Shown: positions 39,692 to 50,185, numbered from the whole stretch's first letter. The stretch: DNA of 64,000 bases, filler included, from an uncultured Methanosarcinales archaeon (GCA_964608065.1; 4 parts of 4 records of this genome joined end to end with filler, not necessarily neighbours in it); one strand, 5' to 3'. Translations and numbers: made by a program. The notes: generated by a model from the sequence alone, not told the origin.

Positions 39692-40052
39692 TTTATCTCC
39701 CCAAGAACTCTTGGCGTATATACTATACCCCTTTTAACCTTTCANNNNNNNNNNACTCTTTTTCTCCATGACTTTTAAAAAATATTTAACAAAATAAAAT
39801 ATTTTTTTTTTTTTTTTTTTTCTTCTTCCTTCCAACACAACCTATTTAAACCCTTATAGTCTACTCAATTCTCCATATGATAACATACATTGACAAGCCT
39901 TACAATGAAGAACAGGTTAAACATATACTGAATCCATTAGTAAAGAAATGGTNNNNNNNNNNNNNNNNNNNNNNNNNNNNNNNNNNNNNNNNNNNNTTAA
40001 TTAATTAANNNNNNNNNNNNNNNNNNNNNNNNNNNNNNNNNNNNNNNNNNNN

Positions 40053-40485
40053 CGATGTTATTTGATGATAAAAATTTCACTAGCTTTCCTTTTTTTTTTT
40101 TTTTTTGTTTATTGATTTGGTTTTCATTGATTTCTGAGAATGTGTCTCCAACTGGATTGAAAGTGTAAACTTTCTTTTTTGTTTTCATTGCAACACCTAA
40201 TGGGTGGAATGTTCCATCTCCAATATAAAGGAAACATTCAACTTTTTTTTCAATCTTTAAAGCTGAGCTTATATCACAACCTAGAACTTGTCCTTTGTAT
40301 TTTTGCTTTGCTTTTTCTAAGAAAGCTTTTTTATTATTTTTTTCCAGGAAGGATTTTATTTTTGGTAAATGGTCTGAGAATTGTACAGAGCTGATTAATC
40401 CTATTTTATTCGGTAATTTGTTTAATGGAATCTTAGTTAGATTGAGGTTTCCTTTGTATTTTGCTTCTATGAATAGTGTTTTCAT
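40053..40485 (-). CDS. dph2: Diphthamide synthesis protein Dph2 (3' truncated by gap)
   Basis: LFIEAK, SSVQF, GQVLGC and YIGDGTFHP motifs. Confidence 0.9.
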
Positions 40486-40850
40486 TTCTTTTTATAACCG
40501 AATATTTTATTGTATTTATTATGGTCCATGAACTCTAAGATAAATGCTATAATCCTAACTTCATCCCCTATTAAAGTATATAATAATCTCCAGTAGCCAA
40601 CTAATTCAACTCTTAATATTTTATCAGTCCCATATTTTTGTATTGTGCTCTTAGAGATATATTTTCTTGGAATTAAATTCCCGTGAGATGGGTTTGATTT
40701 TATGTTTCTCAGGGCATTATTGATAGAGGACAATAATTGAGAGTATGTTGGCTTTTTCCTTGCAATTTCTCCTTTAGCAACAAATTCCTGTAATTCTTTA
40801 TATTCATGATATGCTTCTTGATCAAATTTAACAATAACTTCTTTATCCAT
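40482..40850 (-). CDS. RelE-like toxin
   Basis: NPSHG..I...RVELVGYWRLLYTL...DHNKYNKIFGY. Confidence 0.7.
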   Translation of the reverse strand: MDKEVIVKFDQEAYHEYKELQEFVAKGEIARKKPTYSQLLSSINNALRNIKSNPSHGNLIPRKYISKSTIQKYGTDKILRVELVGYWRLLYTLIGDEVRIIAFILEFMDHNKYNKIFGYKKK

Positions 40851-41132
40851 TTACATCACAGTAATTCCTTTCTTAAGCTTTAATTTAAGCTTTTCACTAA
40901 TATCTTCTCTATAAATCCAGATTATACCTTCCTTTAATAAAGCTATTTTTCCACTTTTTTCTAGATATAATAGTATTGTGTTTAGAGTTGGTCTCATTAT
41001 TTTTTTTTTTAATCTCCTATCTATCTCATTTTTAGATAAAGGTTCTTTAGTACTTCTAATAATGTTTTCCACATTCAATATTGTATCCAACCTTGGGTAA
41101 TGTAATACTTGTTTTAGCATTTTTAACACCAT
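40851..41132 (-). CDS. Winged-helix protein, putative antitoxin
   Basis: HYPRLDTILNVE...TLNTILLYLEKSGKI; abuts the toxin gene. Confidence 0.7.
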   Translation of the reverse strand: MVLKMLKQVLHYPRLDTILNVENIIRSTKEPLSKNEIDRRLKKKIMRPTLNTILLYLEKSGKIALLKEGIIWIYREDISEKLKLKLKKGITVM

Positions 41133-41139
41133 ATAAGTT

Positions 41140-41153
41140 TATACTATAGTATA
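41140..41153. promoter_or_regulatory. Perfect 14-bp palindrome TATACTATAGTATA, putative operator
   Basis: Lies between the TATA box and the start codon of the wHTH gene. Confidence 0.5.
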
Positions 41154-41186
41154 TATGTATATCATATATAAAGTTTTCGGTTTTTA

Positions 41187-41828
41187 TTAGAGAAGTTCCT
41201 TAACATTATCAAAAGCTATCTTGCTCCATGTTTCAAAGTTTTCAATTATTTCTGGAGTTATTTCTTCTTTTGACATTAACTGTCCTTGTAACTGGTCTGT
41301 TTCTTTGACTTCAATATTAGGGCTAGAGCCTTCTACTAGAAAAACAACTCCAAAATGGACTTTGCCAACATCATTAGAGTCATCATTGATATAACCAATA
41401 ATTTTTAAATCGAAATCATCATTATAAAGCATTTCTTCATTAAACTCTCTTTTCATAGCTTCAACTATGTAGTTTTCATTGTCCAGATCAGCTTTGTCGA
41501 TATGGCCTCCAACACCAATAGAATAATTGTCATGCAGCCTTTGCTCATCTGCTTTTGGAAGTCTTTTGTAGACAAAGATCTTATCTTTATGCTTGAATAC
41601 GATGTAGGGGATAATCTGCTGGAAGCTTGGGTCATCTTCACAAGGTATTTTTTGATCTTCTGATGTTGTTTTTCTTAATAAGAATGTTTTTTTATTGTTG
41701 ATTATATTTTCAAAATCATTATTCTCCTTTTTCATAAAACCATTAAAGAATTTTTCATTGTTTTCTCCGAATAAATCTGTTCTTGACACAACTAAGCATT
41801 TTTGTTCCATTGTTTCACCTTTTGCCAT
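41187..41828 (-). CDS. NUDIX-family phosphoesterase (COG4112-like)
   Basis: EDDPSFQQIIPY, EQRLH..SIGVGGH, REFNEE, INDD..VGKVHFG and ETWS motifs. Confidence 0.88.
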   Translation of the reverse strand: MAKGETMEQKCLVVSRTDLFGENNEKFFNGFMKKENNDFENIINNKKTFLLRKTTSEDQKIPCEDDPSFQQIIPYIVFKHKDKIFVYKRLPKADEQRLHDNYSIGVGGHIDKADLDNENYIVEAMKREFNEEMLYNDDFDLKIIGYINDDSNDVGKVHFGVVFLVEGSSPNIEVKETDQLQGQLMSKEEITPEIIENFETWSKIAFDNVKELL

Positions 41829-42439
41829 ATTAATTCATGTATTTCTTTTTTTGTCATTATTTTTCCGTCTTTAACGCAGTTGACCAGAACCCAATCTTTG
41901 CTTTTGCTTAATTTTTTGTAGATTGCTTCAACTTTTTTTAAGTAAGCAATGTCTTTTTCATGGATGTCTTTCTTTTTTTCCTTTAGGTATTCTCTTTTAT
42001 CTTTTTTTAAGATTAATTGCTGTGCAACATCAATTGGAACATAAAGATAAAAAGTTAAATCAGGCCTGGGCATCTTGTTTTCTTTAAATTCAATGTTTTC
42101 CAGCCATTTAATGAATTTTTGTTGTTCTTTTCTGCTTAATCTTGCTCCCTGGTGTGCTATGTTAGAAGCAATGTATCTGTTTGCAACTACATTACATTTT
42201 CTTAACATATCTAATATTTGTTCTCTTGCTTCTAATCTGTCCCAAGCATACAATAAAGAAGCTGCATAAGGGTTTAGTTTGAGTTCTCCATTAAGATATT
42301 GTCCTATTAATTTTCCAAAAACTGTTTTATAATATTGGGGAAACTCAATCACAGAAGCATTTAATCTTTTAGCTAATAAATTACTTTGAACAGACTTACC
42401 AGAGCCGTCAGAACCTTCTATTACTATTAATTTTTTCAT
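41792..42439 (-). CDS. tmk: Thymidylate kinase
   Basis: IVIEGSDGSGKS, LLYAWDR, NRY..SNIAHQ, PRPDL and DIHE motifs. Confidence 0.92.
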   Translation of the reverse strand: MKKLIVIEGSDGSGKSVQSNLLAKRLNASVIEFPQYYKTVFGKLIGQYLNGELKLNPYAASLLYAWDRLEAREQILDMLRKCNVVANRYIASNIAHQGARLSRKEQQKFIKWLENIEFKENKMPRPDLTFYLYVPIDVAQQLILKKDKREYLKEKKKDIHEKDIAYLKKVEAIYKKLSKSKDWVLVNCVKDGKIMTKKEIHELIWQKVKQWNKNA

Positions 42440-42440
42440 C

Positions 42441-43142
42441 TTACTTTAAATTTTTGTATTTCTCTTTAATCTCAGCAATTTTGCCGCATGTCATCTTTCC
42501 TTCTGTACAATGACCTAGATGATAACAGTTTGGACCTATGTTTCCAAACAATTCTGGAGCTACATTCCTGCATAACTTTAACATTTCATCTGCTAATTCT
42601 CTTATCTCCCATTGTGCTCTTTCACAGCATCTGTGTATAAAGAAGTTCTTCAAAGAACGAGCATTCATTGTGATAATTATTTTTGTTTCAGCTGCATTTG
42701 GTAAAATGAATCTAGCATCTTCATTTGGAGCTATTTTATTTAATTCATCGTATTCTTTTGCTAAGTTTTCCATTATTTTTTCAAACTTTTCTTTTGCTTC
42801 TTTATCATTTTTTATACTTGGTGGAATTATATATTTGAAGTCAGAGCCTTTAACATATCTCTGGCTTTGCTGTGAGTAAGAAGCTATTCTGTGCCTTACT
42901 AACTGATGTGTTAAAGCTCTTGATATACCTTCAACAGCAAAAGTAAAAACAGCATGTTCGGTAGGACTCTCATGTCCCATCTCAACAAGTTTTTTTAATA
43001 ACTCAATGGATTTTTCATGAGTCATTTTTTCAAACAACTCATCAATCTCAGATTTACTATAGCAAAGACGTGCTGCAGTAGCTATCAAATCCTCAGGATC
43101 AGCAGTATGTCTTAATAATTTGACTTTTAGTTTAGTTTCCAT
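42441..43142 (-). CDS. thyX: FAD-dependent thymidylate synthase
   Basis: GHESPTEH, QLVRHRIASYSQQSQRYV, EDARFILP and RAQWEIR motifs. Confidence 0.97.
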   Translation of the reverse strand: METKLKVKLLRHTADPEDLIATAARLCYSKSEIDELFEKMTHEKSIELLKKLVEMGHESPTEHAVFTFAVEGISRALTHQLVRHRIASYSQQSQRYVKGSDFKYIIPPSIKNDKEAKEKFEKIMENLAKEYDELNKIAPNEDARFILPNAAETKIIITMNARSLKNFFIHRCCERAQWEIRELADEMLKLCRNVAPELFGNIGPNCYHLGHCTEGKMTCGKIAEIKEKYKNLK

Positions 43143-43176
43143 AATTCCCCCTATGCTTTAGAATAAGTGTTTATAT

Positions 43177-43701
43177 TTATATTTTATGCTTTATATTATA
43201 ATTGCTGAACTGAAGATGGGTGTTAGGTATTTTTTTTACTGCTTCTTCAAGCATAGAATCTGTATTATGGTGTTTTAACATGATTTCAATAAAATTACCT
43301 ATATCTTTTTCAAACTTATTTTTTGCTGATTCAACTCTTGTCTCATCAAAGCATATAGGACCTGGAAGCTTATCAAACATAAAGTAAGCAGCATCAACGT
43401 TTTTCTCAGTTGCATAATCTAACAAGTACCTTAAAAAAAAAGGGGGCAATAGTCTTTTTTCATAGATATCTATAAAAGCGATTTTAGAGGTAGTATTTTC
43501 CAATAAGCCCAGTATAGATTCATACTTCCCTTCCTCATAGAATACATTCAAATCAACAAGGACTAAGTTGGCGTCTGTTTTTATTTCATTGTCTTGAATT
43601 TTTATTTTTTTTACAGAATAACGTTTATCCAAAAAAGAGAAGTAATCGATAAACCTGTTTTCCTTACTTTCTGATGTAACGACTAATGCAAAATTTCTCA
43701 T
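43177..43701 (-). CDS. Hypothetical protein
   Basis: 174-aa ORF filling the intergenic space, with an upstream TATA-like element. Confidence 0.6.
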   Translation of the reverse strand: MRNFALVVTSESKENRFIDYFSFLDKRYSVKKIKIQDNEIKTDANLVLVDLNVFYEEGKYESILGLLENTTSKIAFIDIYEKRLLPPFFLRYLLDYATEKNVDAAYFMFDKLPGPICFDETRVESAKNKFEKDIGNFIEIMLKHHNTDSMLEEAVKKIPNTHLQFSNYNIKHKI

Positions 43702-43792
43702 AAAAATAGTGAAAGCAAAACTTAATTTATAAACTTTACTACTCTGAAATAGACAAAATCTTTTAAATACAAACTAACATAAAACAATTGTT

Positions 43793-45685
43793 ATGACTGA
43801 GTTAAAGAGAGTATTAAGCTATAAGGTTATTCTGCTGATAGTAATCAATTCTATAATGGGTACTGGTATATTCTTTCTGCCTGCATTAGGGGCTAAGTAT
43901 GCTGGTGCTGCTTCTTTGGTCTCATGGGCTGTATTGTCAATAGTTGCTATATACATTGCAATGTGTTTTGGTGAACTATGTTCAATGTTTCCAACTGCCG
44001 GAGGAACATATGAATTTGCAAAGCATGCTTATGGAAGATTTCCTTCGTTTGTAATAGGGTGGATGACATTGATAGCTGGAAATATAACAATAGCTATGCT
44101 TATAGTTGGAGCAATCTCTTATTTGATTCCTTTTAGAAGCCCTGTTATTGTGATTATTATTTCTGCGATATTCATATTATTGTTTAATATAATCGCTTAC
44201 AGAGGTATGAAGGTCAGTGCTGTGATGCTTGTCACATTTGCATTTATAACATTACTTACATTAGGAGGATTAATAGTTCCTGGTTTAATCAAGTTTAATG
44301 CTTCAAATTTTCAGCCTTTTTTCTATTATCCTAAATTTCTCATATTGTTAGCTATATTCTTTATTGCAGAGACTTTTTTTGGGTGGGAATCTCCCACTTT
44401 CCTGGCAGGAGAGACTAAAAACGGAGAAAAGGTAATGCCTAAAGCTATTATTTACGGCACAATAATCATAGCGATAATATCTTTGATTTTTGTCATAGCT
44501 TCTATAAGCAGTGTTGGGTGGCAGACTTTAGGACAGTCAACAAGTCCTGTTACTGATATTGCAAAAGTACATTATGGCAATATAGGTGAGATGATATTCA
44601 GATTATTAGTATATTTGGCAATAATTGGCAGTGTGGCTGACTGGGTTGTAAGTTCACCAAGATTAGTGCTTTCAATGGCAAAAGACAGATTATTTCTTCC
44701 ACATTTAAGTGAAATTCATCCAAAGTATCATACACCTCACAAAGCTATAATTTTCCAGACAGTAGTAAGCATGATATTTGTATTTATTGGTGTTGGTTCT
44801 TATGTAACATTATTGCATCTACTTGTTCCAATATTATTAGTATTATATTCCCTTGTTTTGATGAGTGTCATCATACTAAGAAATAAAAAACCACATCTGA
44901 AGAGATATTATAAAGCTCCTTTTGGAGAAATAGGTCCTTTTATAGTTACTTTATTTTTTGTTGGTTTAATGATTATATGGTTTATTTTGACAAAGAATGC
45001 ATTAAACATAATAACATTAGGAGCATCATTTTTACTGATGGGTCTGCCTGTTTATTTTTTACTTGAGATGTACTATGACCCTAAAGCTGTAAGAAATACA
45101 AACAATCTATTAGCTAATCTAGTTTTATGGACTGAGAGTATATCATTACCAAAGAAAGTCAGAAAAGAAATCATAAGTTTGTTAGGGAGTATTAAAGGTA
45201 AAAGGGTTTTGGAATTTGGATGCAATGTAGGAACATTGACTATGTGTCTTGCTGAAGAGGTGGGTAAAAAAGGAAGGATTTATGCAACAGATATTTCTGA
45301 GAGTGATATAAAGATTGCAAAAAAAAGATTAAGCAAGAAAGGACATTATCATGTTACTGTATTGCATGATTTAGAGCACCATCACAGAGTTCATCCTAGT
45401 GTGCCAAAAATAGATGCTGTGGTTTCAGTTGGAACTTTAGGATATCTAAGAAATACTAAAAAGATTCTTACAGAGATAAATGAAAGGCTTAAAACTGGAG
45501 CTAAGATATGCTTTGTTGATTATGATAAATTCTTTGATATAATCCCAAATATTGACTGGTTGTCTGATGATACTAAAGTGAAAAAAATATTCAGGGATGC
45601 TGGATTTAATGTTGGTGTTGTAAGAAAGCAAGGGTTTGCATGGAAATATGTTTATGTCTATGGTGTTAAGTTTAAGAATGTTTGA
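43793..45685 (+). CDS. APC amino-acid permease fused to a class I SAM-dependent methyltransferase-like domain
   Basis: IMGTGIFF, ELCSMFPTAGG.Y, FFGWE, HPKYHTP, about 12 TM; C-terminal VLEFGCNVG, YATDIS and LKTGAKI. Confidence 0.88.
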   Translation: MTELKRVLSYKVILLIVINSIMGTGIFFLPALGAKYAGAASLVSWAVLSIVAIYIAMCFGELCSMFPTAGGTYEFAKHAYGRFPSFVIGWMTLIAGNITIAMLIVGAISYLIPFRSPVIVIIISAIFILLFNIIAYRGMKVSAVMLVTFAFITLLTLGGLIVPGLIKFNASNFQPFFYYPKFLILLAIFFIAETFFGWESPTFLAGETKNGEKVMPKAIIYGTIIIAIISLIFVIASISSVGWQTLGQSTSPVTDIAKVHYGNIGEMIFRLLVYLAIIGSVADWVVSSPRLVLSMAKDRLFLPHLSEIHPKYHTPHKAIIFQTVVSMIFVFIGVGSYVTLLHLLVPILLVLYSLVLMSVIILRNKKPHLKRYYKAPFGEIGPFIVTLFFVGLMIIWFILTKNALNIITLGASFLLMGLPVYFLLEMYYDPKAVRNTNNLLANLVLWTESISLPKKVRKEIISLLGSIKGKRVLEFGCNVGTLTMCLAEEVGKKGRIYATDISESDIKIAKKRLSKKGHYHVTVLHDLEHHHRVHPSVPKIDAVVSVGTLGYLRNTKKILTEINERLKTGAKICFVDYDKFFDIIPNIDWLSDDTKVKKIFRDAGFNVGVVRKQGFAWKYVYVYGVKFKNV

Positions 45686-46555
45686 TTATTTATTAAAAAC
45701 ATTCCTGTAACAATAACTTAGAACTCCTTCACACAAGTATCTTACTTTTGTGCTTAATCTAATTCCTCTGTCAAAATTTTTAGAAACGTCTTCGATTTTT
45801 TCTCCAATAACTTCTATATCTTTTTTTCCAAAAACACTAATGGCATTATTAATATGTCTGATTTCATTTGGATTTATTGCCATACACATTGTTGCTATAC
45901 TATCAACTGCTATTGCGTCTTTTCCAGCAATAATTAATCCTGCTTTTATTGGGTCAGATCTGCACTCATCTCTTTGATTGCCAATGATTCCATCAATAAT
46001 GCAAAAATCAGGGTAACGTACTTGTAAAATATCAACTATTGCGTGATTTATCAAGGGATGTATCTTTAATTTATTGATTCTTTTTGGAACACAGCCAAAC
46101 ATATTTTTTATTGATAATGTGACTTGTGCTAAAGAATGAATCTTAAGCTTTGCTGCGCTTATCACATATTCAGATTCTAATAATGTTTTTGCTATCTGTA
46201 TTTTTTTTTGTGCTAAAGGGTTTTTTACTTCTTTTTTCACTATTGTATCTTTATTAAAATTTACAATTTTAGCATTAAACTCTTTAGCTAATTTATTGTA
46301 ACCTAGATCTTCAAAACATTCATCAGTATCAATACCGCTTTCTCCTATTGTAATTTCACAATTTTCTAATCTTTCAATAATTGCTTTACAGACATTAACA
46401 TCTGTTGTGATTCCTTTTTGAGATGGAGCATTAATTGTTAAGTTTGGCTTTATTAGAACTTTTTTGTTTTTAACTTTAAAGTTCAATTTAGACAAACACC
46501 TTTTTGTAGTTTCATATGTTTCTTCTCCTTTTTCTATACACACTGTTTCTTTCAT
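45686..46555 (-). CDS. DUF362-domain Fe-S protein
   Basis: VLIKPNL, ITT, KLKIH...TLSIKNMFG, IIDG and DAIAVD motifs. Confidence 0.88.
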   Translation of the reverse strand: MKETVCIEKGEETYETTKRCLSKLNFKVKNKKVLIKPNLTINAPSQKGITTDVNVCKAIIERLENCEITIGESGIDTDECFEDLGYNKLAKEFNAKIVNFNKDTIVKKEVKNPLAQKKIQIAKTLLESEYVISAAKLKIHSLAQVTLSIKNMFGCVPKRINKLKIHPLINHAIVDILQVRYPDFCIIDGIIGNQRDECRSDPIKAGLIIAGKDAIAVDSIATMCMAINPNEIRHINNAISVFGKKDIEVIGEKIEDVSKNFDRGIRLSTKVRYLCEGVLSYCYRNVFNK

Positions 46556-46620
46556 ATTAAATCAGCTAGAATTAATAACTATATAAAAATTATTGTAATT
46601 TGATTTTAAAATATAAAAAA

Positions 46621-46646
46621 TGCTCGAAAAGCAAAGCTTTTCGGCA
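46621..46646. repeat. Single hairpin module of the repeat family
   Basis: tgctcgaaaagc/aaa/gcttttcggca, similar to the tgctcaaaaacc/aaa/ggtttttgaca half of 28213-28266. Confidence 0.6.
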
Positions 46647-46672
46647 CCAACTAAAGTTGGAAAAAATAAAAA

Positions 46673-46837
46673 TTATTTCTTTTTTCCAGTGTGCGATAGG
46701 AACTTAATTCCGAACAGTAAGAAGACTAATGTCCACCAATTCAGTGTCCAGAATGCCCACCAACCTAAATCTTGGCCTAGGTATAAAACACCTATTATCA
46801 AAGCCACTAATCCACACCATGTAGGACATTTATGCAT
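46673..46837 (-). CDS. 54-aa membrane protein not in the ORF track
   Basis: MHKCPTWCGLVALIIGVLYLGQDLGWWAFWTLNWWTLVFLLFGIKFLSHTGKKK; GAGGTGA SD and TTTAAATA box upstream. Confidence 0.75.
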   Translation of the reverse strand: MHKCPTWCGLVALIIGVLYLGQDLGWWAFWTLNWWTLVFLLFGIKFLSHTGKKK

Positions 46838-46905
46838 AGTATCACCTCGTTTATTTTAATTATATTAAGTTTAATAGAACTATAGATATATTTAAAGTTT
46901 ATGGT

Positions 46906-47103
46906 TTATTTCTTAGGAACAACAATCCACCAGATTATATAAGCTAATATTCCAGGAGCAACTCCTGTGAATAGAACTAAAGCAACAAATATCAATCTTA
47001 CAAGTGTGGGGTCGACATTTAAGTATTCTCCTAGACCTCCACAGACTCCAGCAATCATCCTATTCTTATTGCTTCTGTAGAGTTTTTTAATTGATTTTCC
47101 CAT
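46906..47103 (-). CDS. pspC: PspC-domain protein
   Basis: KKLYRS...[20 protein letters not shown]; start at MGKSIKK. Confidence 0.92.
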   Translation of the reverse strand: MGKSIKKLYRSNKNRMIAGVCGGLGEYLNVDPTLVRLIFVALVLFTGVAPGILAYIIWWIVVPKK

Positions 47104-47110
47104 TTTTTTT

Positions 47111-47710
47111 TTATCTTGCAGAATCAGCTTGTCTTTCAACTTCAAACTTCTTTGCTATTGCGTTTGAAGTGCTGTTTAGGTTAAAGGCAGAAATAATCTC
47201 ATCTGCCAGTGTTTCTTCTATCTTTTTTTTTCTGTTAAAAGAAGAATGATACGCTCCCTGAACCATGTATCTTAATGCGACATCTACCCTTCTCTGAGGG
47301 CTGCATTCAACAGCTTTTGGATAACGGGCTCCACCGTATTCAATTGTGATGAGTTCTTCCCTTGGAGCAGAGTTTTCCAAAGCTTTGACAAAAACTTTTA
47401 TTGGATTTTCCTTTGTTATTGATTCTATTAATCTAAATGTCTTTTCCACTATGTTGTAAGCTGTGTTGGATTTACCTGTTATATGAAAACTTGATTTAAA
47501 ATGTTTTTTACCTTTATGTCCTGAAACCATTATTTTATTTATCAGTCTTTCAACAATAAAGATTTTGCTTTTATGGAATCTTGAACCAGCATATCTTGCT
47601 CCTGTCTTAGGAACAAACTTTGGAGCCAAGGTTATATAATTCTGTAATCCAGGGTCTATTACTTTAATGTCTTTTGTACCCCATCTGTTGAATGCTTTTA
47701 TTTCAATCAT
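47111..47710 (-). CDS. rps7: 30S ribosomal protein S7 (uS7)
   Basis: [23 protein letters not shown] and ERQADSAR motifs. Confidence 0.97.
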   Translation of the reverse strand: MIEIKAFNRWGTKDIKVIDPGLQNYITLAPKFVPKTGARYAGSRFHKSKIFIVERLINKIMVSGHKGKKHFKSSFHITGKSNTAYNIVEKTFRLIESITKENPIKVFVKALENSAPREELITIEYGGARYPKAVECSPQRRVDVALRYMVQGAYHSSFNRKKKIEETLADEIISAFNLNSTSNAIAKKFEVERQADSAR

Positions 47711-48144
47711 CTTCTAGCTTTCTCCACTTTTCCTCTTAATAATGCATTTAAGCTTTGATCATTAACTTTTATAACCTGCCATCTAACTCCAGGAATATCG
47801 CCCTTGGCACGACCCATCTTTCCGCCAATACATTCAATAAGAACATCATCGTGCTCATCTATTAGTTTAGTTGCTCCATCTCCTGGAATAAAAGCAGTAA
47901 CTTGTCTGCCATTTTTAATAAGTTGAACCCTGACACATTTTCTCATAGCAGAATTAGGCTGTTTAGCTTCTAATTGTATTTTTTCTAGGACAATGCCCTT
48001 AGCCATTGAAGAACCTTCTAAAGGGTCTGCTTTTTTTCTCAAACCCAGTGCTCTTTTTATGAACCATTTACTGCTCCATCTACTTTGTTTCCTTCTTCTC
48101 TTCAATTTCTTTGCAGAATTCAATCCGCGAGATTTCTTACTCAT
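47707..48144 (-). CDS. rps12: 30S ribosomal protein S12 (uS12)
   Basis: [28 protein letters not shown]. Confidence 0.98.
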   Translation of the reverse strand: MSKKSRGLNSAKKLKRRRKQSRWSSKWFIKRALGLRKKADPLEGSSMAKGIVLEKIQLEAKQPNSAMRKCVRVQLIKNGRQVTAFIPGDGATKLIDEHDDVLIECIGGKMGRAKGDIPGVRWQVIKVNDQSLNALLRGKVEKARR

Positions 48145-48187
48145 TTTTTATATTGAGGATTAAGTCTTTATTTTTAAATCTTGTGGT

Positions 48188-48604
48188 TTAAACAACCTTT
48201 ATATTGTCTATATCAAAATATCTTTTGACAATTGATTTAAGATTATTCAGATTCTTAGCTTCTCTTCCTATCAACAATCCTCTTGTTTTAGTATCTGAAC
48301 CTGTAATTGTAACTATTTTATTGTCTTCTTTGATTTCCCTTGCTTTTAAAGGATAAATAAAATTCTGTATAAACTGTAAATGGTTTGAATTAAATTCAAC
48401 TATTTTTATTTTTTTATTAAGAATGTTTTCTATTTTTTTTACATTGATTCCTTTTCTTCCGATTGCTTTTCCAATCTGATTTTCTTCAACTATAAATATA
48501 GTCCTATCTTCATTAACAATGCAGTCCTTTAATTTGCTCTGTGTTAGAGTCTCAAAAAGAGACATATATTTCATTATGTTAATATCATATTTTATCTTTG
48601 TCAT
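48188..48604 (-). CDS. nusA: Archaeal NusA (KH domains)
   Basis: GKAIGRKG.NVK, LIGRE..N; canonical operon position. Confidence 0.93.
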   Translation of the reverse strand: MTKIKYDINIMKYMSLFETLTQSKLKDCIVNEDRTIFIVEENQIGKAIGRKGINVKKIENILNKKIKIVEFNSNHLQFIQNFIYPLKAREIKEDNKIVTITGSDTKTRGLLIGREAKNLNNLKSIVKRYFDIDNIKVV

Positions 48605-48606
48605 TC

Positions 48607-48773
48607 TGTCAAAAACCGCCCATCATGGATGGGTGGAATATTGCTTATCGCAAACGTGTACAGTGGTTTTTGAGCATCCTGAGAAATCTGCTTTGCAGAT
48701 TTCTGGGATACCAAAAATCTTTTGGATTTTTTAGTATGATCAAAAATTTTCATTTTTCGGAAAATTTTTGACA
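48607..48773. repeat. 167-bp multi-hairpin element with TGTCAAAAA/TTTTTGACA termini
   Basis: 9-bp terminal inverted repeats and at least four internal stem-loops; overlaps the last codons of rpl30e. Confidence 0.8.
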
Positions 48774-49040
48774 TTTGATAAGAGATGCTACAGAAATAGA
48801 AAATGGTTTTTTACAAATAACACCTAATTCCTCGTTAGTGTACTTTAAATTAACTAATTTAGCTTTTCCTAATTTAGAATAATAGTTAATATTTTCTTTT
48901 ACATCTTCTGGACAATTTTTAGTAACATAAATTTTTTCTATTTTTCCCAGTTTCAAGTTCTTGATAGTATTCTCTGTTCCGATAATTATTTTTTTCTCTT
49001 CTAATTTTTTTCTTATCTCTCCTGCTATATTCTCAGCCAT
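48750..49040 (-). CDS. rpl30e: 50S ribosomal protein L30e
   Basis: IIGT..TIK, NCP, ELGVICKKPFSIS; operon position. Confidence 0.95.
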   Translation of the reverse strand: MAENIAGEIRKKLEEKKIIIGTENTIKNLKLGKIEKIYVTKNCPEDVKENINYYSKLGKAKLVNLKYTNEELGVICKKPFSISVASLIKCQKFSEK

Positions 49041-49044
49041 TGTT

Positions 49045-50184
49045 TTACTCCTCCTTAGCTATTTTAGTGATTAGTCCTGGAAGTCCTGTACCTACTGGAA
49101 CTGATTGGTTCAGCATTACATTTTCTATAACTGAATTCAGCTTATCTTCTTCTCCAACTATTGCTGCGTTTATTATGTGCTTTATAGGTGTTTCAAAAGA
49201 GGCTCTTGCCAGTACTGAAGCTTTTTCACTTACTACACCATAACGTGTAATACCTCTAACTAACCCTGAAATACTCATAGTATCTGCTGCAAGCATTATA
49301 TGCCTTACATCTACATTAAGCCCCTGGCTTTCTATAACTTTAAACACTTCATTGATTATTGTTTGTCTAGCAGCTTCTATTCCAAGGACATCTGCTATTT
49401 CAAATATATTATTTGTAATTGTTCTTGTAGCATCAACATACTCAAGCTCTAAAACCGCCTTTAGATTAGAACCTGCTGTGATTATGATAAATTCATCTTC
49501 TCTTTTTACAGGCAGAACCTGTGTTATTCCTTTTACTCCTTTGATATATATTCCTTTTATTTTTTCCTTTAACTTATAAAGTTCGTTCAGGCTTTCTTCT
49601 TTTCCTCTGAATTTTATTACTATATTTTCTTTTTTTCTTTTTACATTAATGCCTTTCATACTTGCAGATATTGATTTTAACAATGTGTTTTCTGTAATCT
49701 TAAGTTCCTTAATCTTTTGCTCATTAGGCTTTAATTCTATGTTTGAGTCTGCTATATTTATTGAAATTTCTTTTATTAATTCATTAAGCTTTGTTTCTCT
49801 GATATAAGCTGCAATCTCTCTTATATCTTTACCTTTGCTGTAAGGTTTTTTCAGATATATTTCCATCATTGGTGTTTTTATATTTTTTCTGCCATCCAGG
49901 ATCTCTATAATCCTAGGCAAACCCATTGTGACATTCATCTCTGCAACACCAGCGAAATGGAATGTGTTCAGGGTCATCTGTGTACCTGGCTCTCCAATAG
50001 ACTCTGCGCTTACTAATCCAACAGATTCTCCTGGATCAACTTTAGTGTTATTGTATTCTTCCAGTAACTTGTCTAAGATTCTCTTTAATCTAGCCTGAGG
50101 TATCTGTTTTGGGATATTTGCTTTAACTTCATCCAATAATTTTTTTGGAATCTTTTCTTCGTATTCTTTGAATAGTTTTTCCAT
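49045..50184 (-). CDS. rpoA2: RNA polymerase subunit A'' (Rpo1C)
   Basis: [25 protein letters not shown] and RASFE motifs. Confidence 0.98.
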   Translation of the reverse strand: MEKLFKEYEEKIPKKLLDEVKANIPKQIPQARLKRILDKLLEEYNNTKVDPGESVGLVSAESIGEPGTQMTLNTFHFAGVAEMNVTMGLPRIIEILDGRKNIKTPMMEIYLKKPYSKGKDIREIAAYIRETKLNELIKEISINIADSNIELKPNEQKIKELKITENTLLKSISASMKGINVKRKKENIVIKFRGKEESLNELYKLKEKIKGIYIKGVKGITQVLPVKREDEFIIITAGSNLKAVLELEYVDATRTITNNIFEIADVLGIEAARQTIINEVFKVIESQGLNVDVRHIMLAADTMSISGLVRGITRYGVVSEKASVLARASFETPIKHIINAAIVGEEDKLNSVIENVMLNQSVPVGTGLPGLITKIAKEE

Positions 50185-50185
50185 A

